Part shown: in pieces, positions 57,077-64,000 of the stretch
Numbering within the stretch: the first letter of the stretch is position 1
Layout: the number at the start of each line of letters is the position of its first letter
Origin: Bdellovibrionales bacterium
Lineage (GTDB): Bacteria > Bdellovibrionota > Bdellovibrionia > Bdellovibrionales > UBA1609
NCBI GenBank assembly: GCA_050246815.1
Contig: JBFWVI010000007.1
Span: forward strand, 17,983-81,982
Length of the DNA: 64,000 bases
Direction of reading: 5' to 3'
Notes under the pieces: generated by a model
What the model saw: only the letters and a program-made list of their open reading frames with translations
Database searches by the model: none
Told to the model about the DNA's origin: nothing
Made by a program: the position numbers and the translations under genes

Positions 57077-57496
57077 TTAAAGGGAGCGTTTTTTACCGTA
57101 GCTGGGGCGGTATTTGCGTACACCTTTGGGTTCGTTGTTTTCGCCTTCTCGAACTAAACGAAAGCGGATTTTGTCCGTGGTTTCGCCAAAGCCATTGGTG
57201 CCACCACTCGCGGTGCCACCACCAAAGGATCCGCCGCCAAAACCGGCACTTGCGCTGGCATTGCCGTCTTTGTTACTTAAATCAGGTGCGGCCGGGGCGA
57301 CATTGTCCTGTGCGTCTTTGGCCGTGGCACTGGGTTGAGCGCCCCAGTCTGCCCAAACGTCGTCATCCCAATTGTCTAAGTCGTTTTTGGGCTGAATCGC
57401 GGGTTTCGCACCTTCGTTGGCAAAGGCCAAAGATGCGCTAAAGCCGATTTGGCCAGTCATCAAGGCAAATATAATTGATTTAAATATCGTTTTCAT
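57077..57496 (-). CDS. Exported low-complexity hypothetical protein
   Basis: Signal peptide (AFA); G/A/D-rich linker; C-terminal KIRFRLV. Confidence 0.6.
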   Translation of the reverse strand: MKTIFKSIIFALMTGQIGFSASLAFANEGAKPAIQPKNDLDNWDDDVWADWGAQPSATAKDAQDNVAPAAPDLSNKDGNASASAGFGGGSFGGGTASGGTNGFGETTDKIRFRLVREGENNEPKGVRKYRPSYGKKRSL

Positions 57497-57713
57497 AGCC
57501 GACAGGTAACTTAGCAAAAAGCTAGCCGTGGGTCCATAAAAATTACATGCATCGCGTTAAGTATTTGAAAACAAATAGGATAATTGAATTTATGGGCCAC
57601 CTAAAAGTGTTTTAACAAATTCTTTACGACCCAAGTCTTGTGAAGCTCTTTAGTCAGGGTGACGAAAAATGGAGGTAGCCTATTTGTGTCCTTATATATG
57701 AGGAGCGGAAGCG

Positions 57714-59501
57714 GTGGCCAGCGACCAAGCTGCGAGTGCGCAAAATGAAGTGCTGATGACCCTGACTCAGTACCCATTTTTCCAAAATTTCGGGCCTGAA
57801 TTATTGGCCCAATTGGCGGACGTGGCGGTTTACCGTGTGGTCGCCCGTGGTGACCATTTGCTGACGCAAGGGCAACTTAACTCAAATCTATACATTTTAT
57901 TGCAGGGCCGTTTGAGCGTTCTGGTGGATGGGGCGCGGGTTGCCACTTTGGACAAAGCCGGCGATTTGGTTGGCGAGATGAGTGTCATTTCCCATCGTCC
58001 CTGTTCGGCCACGATTTTGGCAGACACCGATGTGGAGCTTTACCTGCTGCGCGCGGATGAACTTAAGAACAAGCGCGGGCCCGATGAAGACAAAATTCAG
58101 CTTTTGCTCTATCGCATTTACTCTCAGGTGTTGGCCGACAAGTTGGATTTAACCAACCAAAAAGCCAAGCGCATCGAAGAAATGAATTCGCGTCTTGAAA
58201 ACGCTCAAGAGCAACTGCGCCACATCAATCAAGAGCTCGAACTCAAAGTCGAAGAGCGCACCTTGGCGCTAAAGCTGAAAACAGAAGACTTGATGAACGT
58301 GAATCAAAAGATGGAAGCGCGCAACGCCGAGGTCGTGGCCTCGCACCGTAAACTTGAAGAATTGTACGCCAACCGTTCCAGCACGATGGAGCATCTGCAA
58401 GATCTCTATAAAAATCATTTGGTTCCGCTTCGTTTTTCCTTGGATTCGCTGGTAGGAACTGGTGACGAACAGACGCGTCGCGCGACCAACGAGGCCCGCT
58501 CTGAAATTGAACAGGCCTTGCAGCTGCTTGAGCCGATCGCCAGCCTTTATTCGACAGAATTGGCCATGCGATCCAAGCGCGTGCTGCTGGCTGATAGCAA
58601 CAAAAAACAGCAAATCAACGTGAAGATGGCGTTGGGCGGAACCGGTGTGAAGTTGGATATCGTGGGTTCGATGGATGAGGCCCGCGACAAACTAGATCAG
58701 AATTTCGACATCTTGTTTGTCGATTCGACCATGCTCGAGCTGGCCGGTGCCGCTGTGGTGAAAAATCCCAACACCAAACTGGTGTTGATGACTTCAGAGC
58801 CCGTGCCTAAGTATTTGCCGGATCTGATGAAGTTGACCTTTATGCCGAACATTGTTTCGCGCAGCGATGAGGATCGAACCTTCACCATCAAGAACATCAT
58901 GACAACTATGACCAAGCTGATCAGCCAAGACTTGTTTGGCCTTGAAAAGTATTTGGCTTGGGGGGTCGAAGCGCATACCTCGCCGGTAACGCATTCCAAT
59001 GACCGCACCAAGTTGATTCACGAGATGGAGCAGTATTTTGAAAGCCTTGGCATTCGCCGCACCAATCGCGAACGTATGGCGGTCGTGTGCGAAGAGCTTT
59101 TGATGAACGCAATCTACGATGCTCCGGCAGACTCAAGCGGCAAAAGCCTCTACAACCACTTGCCTCGGACCGTGGAAGTCAGTTTGGCTCCCGAACATCA
59201 TGGCAAATTTCGTTATGCAACGGACGGCATGTTCTGCGCGGTTTCCGTGGAAGATCCTTTTGGCGCGCTCTCGGGCACCACCATCTTGAAGTATCTGCAA
59301 AGCTGCTATGGTGGCGAGGCCGGCACGTACAACAAACAAAAAGGCGGCGCGGGTCGAGGCCTGCATCAAATCGTCGAAAATTCAGATCTCGTTGTTTTCA
59401 ATATTCAGCCTGGCCGTCGCACTGAAGTGATCGCGCTCTTCAACGTCGACCCCAAGGCCAATCCGATCGACTATCCGACCTTCCACTTGTTTATAAGTTA
59501 A
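57714..59501 (+). CDS. cNMP-binding / coiled-coil / pseudo-receiver / RsbW-like HATPase signalling protein
   Basis: cNMP (LYILLQG, GDLVGEMS, PCSATI); RVLLAD...ILFVD...LVLMTS; EELLMNAIYDAP, VEDPFG, GAGRGL. Confidence 0.75.
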   Translation: MASDQAASAQNEVLMTLTQYPFFQNFGPELLAQLADVAVYRVVARGDHLLTQGQLNSNLYILLQGRLSVLVDGARVATLDKAGDLVGEMSVISHRPCSATILADTDVELYLLRADELKNKRGPDEDKIQLLLYRIYSQVLADKLDLTNQKAKRIEEMNSRLENAQEQLRHINQELELKVEERTLALKLKTEDLMNVNQKMEARNAEVVASHRKLEELYANRSSTMEHLQDLYKNHLVPLRFSLDSLVGTGDEQTRRATNEARSEIEQALQLLEPIASLYSTELAMRSKRVLLADSNKKQQINVKMALGGTGVKLDIVGSMDEARDKLDQNFDILFVDSTMLELAGAAVVKNPNTKLVLMTSEPVPKYLPDLMKLTFMPNIVSRSDEDRTFTIKNIMTTMTKLISQDLFGLEKYLAWGVEAHTSPVTHSNDRTKLIHEMEQYFESLGIRRTNRERMAVVCEELLMNAIYDAPADSSGKSLYNHLPRTVEVSLAPEHHGKFRYATDGMFCAVSVEDPFGALSGTTILKYLQSCYGGEAGTYNKQKGGAGRGLHQIVENSDLVVFNIQPGRRTEVIALFNVDPKANPIDYPTFHLFIS

Positions 59502-61183
59502 AACCCAATGACAAAGAGTGACTGCGGTATCACGCAGGCGTCACTGCTCTGATTTTGCTGACTTTCTTGAATGTAAGCATGGCCGGAAGTCACAACCAGC
59601 GGCGCGCTCCTGCGAAGGGTTTTTGTGGTCGTCGTGAAGGTCAATAACGAGTTGGCAACGGCAGGGCCGGCTTGTCCACTATTGTTCGCCCCAATATCCA
59701 GGGTTTGTGTCGCGCAAGGCGGATTGCCAGAAAATTGGTAGCCGGTTCTCTCCATGTGCACTTGGGTGGGGGCGCTAAAACGCGTCAGATCCAAGCGGAT
59801 CGGGTTAAAGTATTCTGGCTGTGCATTTGCCCCCATTCGTGAAATGGTCGTGGCATTTCGGTAATAGACTTCAGCATGCTGCAGGTTGGTCAGCTTCACC
59901 CAAAGACCAGCGCGATAGATCGCTCCATTCGAGCCGATAATATCCCGCCTCAAGCGCACGCCAAAATAATCCAAGTCACTGAAGCTTGAGGCTGAATCAG
60001 AAAAACTTGTCGAGACAAGTGTTGGCGAGGTGCTGGTCGACACGAGCTGCGAGGCGGGAACATGAGTTTGGGTGCGCATATTGTAGAGCGCGGCATACAT
60101 GCTGTCGCCCGTATTGCCGGCACTAAGGACCGCTTCGAATGTCCAAGGGCTATCGTCAAGTTCCTGAAAGGCGGCGGAGACTTTGCGCCATAGCGCGAAA
60201 TAATGGCCGTTGTTGTCGAGGTTGTAGTTGAGGAAAGTGCTTTGATCGACCCGTGCGCTAAAGTTGTCTTGGTTGTTGGTCTGGGAGCTGTAACCACCGA
60301 TCAGGGGGATGTAGATCTTAGTCCGCGTGGCGCCCCGCTGTCGCACGAATAGTCGTGCCGAAAAAATTTCCAATTGCTCATTAGCCGAGGTGCCTTGAAT
60401 TTGGACGCGGTAATTGTTAGCGCCCGAGGTGGGCGTTGCCACGGTTCGAATCATGGTGGGTTCCGTCAGATTGGCGGCCACGCTGATTGTGGCGATGCCG
60501 GAGCCACTTGAGTCGATTAAAGAAACAGACCTGGCTACGGCGTCCTGGTTGATGGCAACCACTTCAAAATCGTAGGTAACAGTGCCGTCGTAGTCTGCGG
60601 TGTTGAGGCTGGTGCGAGTTCGTGCAAAAGTGACGTTTGCTGTTTGCGATGCCAGCCCTGCATCCACCAGTTCAATGGGAACTTCAAGCGAGATTCCAGG
60701 TGCATAAACTTGATTGCAGGATGATCCCAAAGCAATGGCCGCAGCTTCGGCAAAGGGATTGCTGAGCATGGGTTGATAGGCGTTTTGCACTTCAGTTGAC
60801 GAGCAGCTTAAACTTTGCACTTGCTGCGAGCAGTTCGAGGTCGACGTGGAGTTGCCGATGAGCGTGCCAGCCACTTCGGCTTCGCCGATTCGTTCCATGG
60901 TGTCGTAGGCGGGGGCAAGTCCCAAGGGTGCGGCGAAGCCGGTCGTGGCAAAAATACCGATTTCGCATTGGCTTTGACTGACTTGGGTGTGGCAGGTGGT
61001 GATGGCTGTGCAAATGGCGGACATGATTTTATTCACTGTTGGCTGCATGGGGTTGCCGATGGTGCTGGTGTTTTCAAGAGTGTTGGGGCGAGAATTGCTC
61101 ATGCGGGCGCGAGAGCAATTGGAGTAACCGGCGATCAAAATAAAAGTGAGTAAGATCGTGCCGGCCCAAGCTTTGGTTTTCAC
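59498..61183 (-). CDS. Exported Cys-rich plus beta-sandwich protein (xSNC start, TIGNP motif)
   Basis: Signal ending GYSNC, TSTIGNP, six-Cys helical domain, then repeated beta-sandwich units; translationally coupled to the TIGR02147 gene. Confidence 0.65.
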   Translation of the reverse strand: MKTKAWAGTILLTFILIAGYSNCSRARMSNSRPNTLENTSTIGNPMQPTVNKIMSAICTAITTCHTQVSQSQCEIGIFATTGFAAPLGLAPAYDTMERIGEAEVAGTLIGNSTSTSNCSQQVQSLSCSSTEVQNAYQPMLSNPFAEAAAIALGSSCNQVYAPGISLEVPIELVDAGLASQTANVTFARTRTSLNTADYDGTVTYDFEVVAINQDAVARSVSLIDSSGSGIATISVAANLTEPTMIRTVATPTSGANNYRVQIQGTSANEQLEIFSARLFVRQRGATRTKIYIPLIGGYSSQTNNQDNFSARVDQSTFLNYNLDNNGHYFALWRKVSAAFQELDDSPWTFEAVLSAGNTGDSMYAALYNMRTQTHVPASQLVSTSTSPTLVSTSFSDSASSFSDLDYFGVRLRRDIIGSNGAIYRAGLWVKLTNLQHAEVYYRNATTISRMGANAQPEYFNPIRLDLTRFSAPTQVHMERTGYQFSGNPPCATQTLDIGANNSGQAGPAVANSLLTFTTTTKTLRRSAPLVVTSGHAYIQESQQNQSSDACVIPQSLFVIGF

Positions 61184-62034
61184 TTTCGCCTCTTTTCATC
61201 CACATCAAGATCTATTAAGGGGAAAAGCTGGATGTTCAATTGGTAAATTGAGCGGGCGTTCTCATCTTGAGACGCCACCTCCACGATCTCTTTTCGGAAT
61301 TTTTGGGTCATTTCTTTAATTTTACTGGCGGTTTCCGCAGACATGCCAATCGTGATGCCCGAGATGTCGCGCCTCTCCCGGCTCACTCGATCGATGCTTT
61401 CGGAGGCGCGTTTCATCATTTCACGGTGAAATTGAGCCACCGAACTCAGCGCAACTTCATCGTCCGAAGAAATATTGGCCGAACTCTGCACCAATTTGCC
61501 TGAAGCGTCCCGGGCTAAGAGGCCCAATTTAATTAGATCCTCAAAACCCTTTTGTACCTCGGCCGGCGTGACGGATGGGGGCAAGTTGTCAGAGATCCAT
61601 TTGGCGTCTTCCTGAAAGCCGGGAAGCCCCACCAGACCCCTGAGCACACTCAAATACCACTTCGAGGTGTAATTGAATAAGGCTTCACGCAGTGGGAAGG
61701 TCTTGCGGCTTGTGCGGTAGCCGATGATGGCCTGGCTGTGGCGATGCCGCTCTTCGCTTGTGGTAGCCTGGTTGAAGAGTGTCAGAGATTTAAAAAATTG
61801 TGTCTCTAGAGTAGACAGCCGCATGGCTTTGGCGAGCTTTTCGACACTCGCCTCTGAAATATTGCTTTTATTTTCGATTATGAATTTGATGAAATTGGAG
61901 GACTTAAAGCCAGCTAAGCGAGCGAAAAGACGGTGCGAGAATTTTTTATTCTTCGCCTTGGATTGCAAATAATAGTCGCGAATAAACTCGCGATAGTTGT
62001 CGTATTCAAAAATAGATTTAGTCGCATTTCCCAC
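61180..62034 (-). CDS. TIGR02147 / DUF4423 family protein (HTH-like N-terminus)
   Basis: IFEYDNYREF, FSHRLFARLAGFKS, FNQA, KWYLSVLR, FHREM, RDISGIT, YQLNIQLFPL. Confidence 0.9.
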   Translation of the reverse strand: MGNATKSIFEYDNYREFIRDYYLQSKAKNKKFSHRLFARLAGFKSSNFIKFIIENKSNISEASVEKLAKAMRLSTLETQFFKSLTLFNQATTSEERHRHSQAIIGYRTSRKTFPLREALFNYTSKWYLSVLRGLVGLPGFQEDAKWISDNLPPSVTPAEVQKGFEDLIKLGLLARDASGKLVQSSANISSDDEVALSSVAQFHREMMKRASESIDRVSRERRDISGITIGMSAETASKIKEMTQKFRKEIVEVASQDENARSIYQLNIQLFPLIDLDVDEKRRK

Positions 62035-62206
62035 CCTTACAGACTAACAGTGAAATCAGATATTTGAAATATCACTAAACAACTCCTAAACGATAATTTT
62101 CTCAATCTATTGTATTTAAAGGGGAATTTGGTATTCTTTAAAAAAGAATATCTGCACGTCTCTTCGGTTCACTAAACAATCTCAGAATGAGTCAATTGGG
62201 GGGCGT

Positions 62207-63505
62207 ATGGCTTTCGCACAACTCAGATATTTTTCATGGCGTGCACTTGCAGTCAGCTTTGTTTTGGTTCCGGCGCAGGCTTTTTCGGCCACGATTACGG
62301 CTGTGGACTGCAATATGAGCAGTGTGCAGGCTGCGGTGACGGCAGCCGCTGATGGAGACATCGTGGTGATTCCGAGCGGCAATTGCAGTTGGACCAGTGG
62401 CATCAATATACGTAAGCAAATCACGCTCTCTGGTCAAAGTAAGGGCAGTGTTCTGATCACCCATAACGCAGGTTCGGCCACTCTGTTGAATGTGGACACA
62501 GGGTCCCAATTTAATACAGTGATTCGCTACCTTAATTTTCTGCCAGGTAATTCAAGTGGCGGACGTTATCTTGCGATTGGTGGCAGCGGCAAAGCCCCTT
62601 TGGTGTACGACAATTATTTTCGGATACCGAATTTTCTTTTGCTTCACGCTATTGCCCATTATCGCAATGGCGGCGTGTATCATCATAATACCTTTGAGTC
62701 ATTAGATGCGGATGGGACCAGCTCGGGTTCTTTGCAGCTGGCGGCCAATGGTGACACCACTTCGTGGTCGCGAGCCTCGTCTATGGGAAGCCGCGACACC
62801 GATGGTAGCGCCAACACATACATCGAAGACAACGTTTTTAAAAATATCACCTTGCAGGCCGTCGACTGCGACAACAACGCCCGCTCGGTAATTCGTCACA
62901 ACAAGTTCGACAATAGCGGCTTTGTTTGCCATGGGGCGGATACCAGCGAATATGGTGCGCGGCACACCGAGGTTTACAACAACACATTTATTTTCACCGC
63001 CACGCCTTCCGGCGGCATTAATTATCCATTCAGCATCAACTGGTGGTGGTATGTGCGTGGGGGAACCGGTGTGGTCACCGACAACATCATGCCCGATATC
63101 AACTCGCAAACCTGGTCGAACAAACCGGAATTGGCTTTTATCGTGCAACAACTGGCGCGCAATGCGGGGCCAGATGCTTGTTGCAAAACATACCCCTGTC
63201 TCAATCAAGTCGGTCAATCCCATAACGGCACGGCCAGGGTGGCAGAACCGCTTTATGTTTGGAATAACAGTGGCACGGGCAAACCCGAAACACCTGGGAT
63301 ACTTGAATACACTCCAGATGAATGTGGCAATGGTCTGAAGTCGGCGGACTTCATCAAAGTCGGTCGTGATTTTATCAGCGGAATCCCGAAGCCCAACTAC
63401 ACCAAGTACATTTATCCGCATCCGCTGGTCAGTGGCTATGTGCCGCCGCCATCTGCCGGTAAAACCCTGAAAAGCACAAAAACGCTGATCAAGGTAATAA
63501 AATGA
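62207..63505 (+). CDS. Exported right-handed beta-helix (pectin-lyase-like) protein
   Basis: VQAAV...GDIVVIPSG...W; YIEDNVF, VIRHNKF, HG, EVYNNTF, RGGTG, EPLYVWNN, YTKYIYPHPL. Confidence 0.8.
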   Translation: MAFAQLRYFSWRALAVSFVLVPAQAFSATITAVDCNMSSVQAAVTAAADGDIVVIPSGNCSWTSGINIRKQITLSGQSKGSVLITHNAGSATLLNVDTGSQFNTVIRYLNFLPGNSSGGRYLAIGGSGKAPLVYDNYFRIPNFLLLHAIAHYRNGGVYHHNTFESLDADGTSSGSLQLAANGDTTSWSRASSMGSRDTDGSANTYIEDNVFKNITLQAVDCDNNARSVIRHNKFDNSGFVCHGADTSEYGARHTEVYNNTFIFTATPSGGINYPFSINWWWYVRGGTGVVTDNIMPDINSQTWSNKPELAFIVQQLARNAGPDACCKTYPCLNQVGQSHNGTARVAEPLYVWNNSGTGKPETPGILEYTPDECGNGLKSADFIKVGRDFISGIPKPNYTKYIYPHPLVSGYVPPPSAGKTLKSTKTLIKVIK

Positions 63506-64000
63506 AAAACATAATACTGTTTGTGTTCATGTTACTGCCTACGGGTCAAGCAATCGCCAAGGTCGTGAAATCAAAGCCCGCCTTGATTTCGGTAAGATCC
63601 AGCCTTGCTCTACCCGAAGGTGATTCAGGGATAGCCGCCAAGTATCCCGGCGATGCCGCAAGGCTTGCCGCTGACAGCGCAGTTTTGTTTTTTGATGATT
63701 TTGAGTCTTATGTCAATGCTGCGGGGCTGACCACTAAGTGGGACGATTATTATCAAAAAGCCAATACACGTATTGCCACAGAGGTGGGAAATGTTTTCGC
63801 CGGCGGCTAATCGCTGGAGTTCACTGCGCCCAAACTCAACGGCGAAGTCACCAACACCGCGATTAAAAGTATCTCCCTGCGCGAGACCAGGTTTTTTTGC
63901 GTTATTACGCGAAGTACGATACCAGTTTCAACGTTCTGGGCTCCAGCCACAACTGCGGCATGCTGACGTCCAACTATAGTGGCCCTGGCATTCCGGCCAA
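63502..64000 (+). pseudogene. Disrupted exported polysaccharide-lyase-like (jelly-roll) gene; runs off the window edge
   Basis: GIAAKYPGD...VLFFDDFE; TAA at 63808-63810 followed in frame by SLEF; a -1 shift near 63875 restores DQVFLRYYAKYD...SSHN. Confidence 0.65.

Noticed and set aside
1..64000. CRISPR array, prophage, integrase/transposase or known anti-phage defence system
   Set aside because: No regularly spaced direct repeats and no ORF with recognisable motifs of these classes.

Overview
Gene-dense bacterial chromosomal window, most likely from a predatory Bdellovibrionota (Bdellovibrionales-like) genome. This is inferred from a TIGR02147/DUF4423 gene, an 'xSNC' exported-protein start, PA14 and FecR surface proteins, and many orphan signal-peptide proteins. 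Core content: pstSCAB-phoU-phoBR, nrnA-like DHH phosphoesterase, greA, sohB, mutM, trmO, LTA-synthase-family sulfatase, EEP nuclease, two acyl-CoA dehydrogenases (AidB-like and FadE), a stand-alone rpsD, a two-component/diguanylate-cyclase locus and an Omp85-family fusion. I found no rRNA, tRNA, CRISPR array, integrase or transposase. Most striking: five unrelated orphan secreted proteins (HA-like repeats, HExxH zincin, caspase-like dyad, two unknowns) share a C-[DS]-x-[VIA]-L peptide placed either just after the signal peptide or exactly 10 residues before the C-terminus, a candidate effector/secretion tag. Also noted: a second short terminal motif (hydrophobic-K-S-x3-[TL]-[VI]-[SK]-V) in three glycan-fold proteins, a candidate ~160-nt structured ncRNA, TAG...CTA-bounded palindromes, many apparently leaderless sigma70/sigma28 promoters, and a stop- and frameshift-disrupted gene at the right edge. 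All domain calls are by eye from motifs; no database searches were run.
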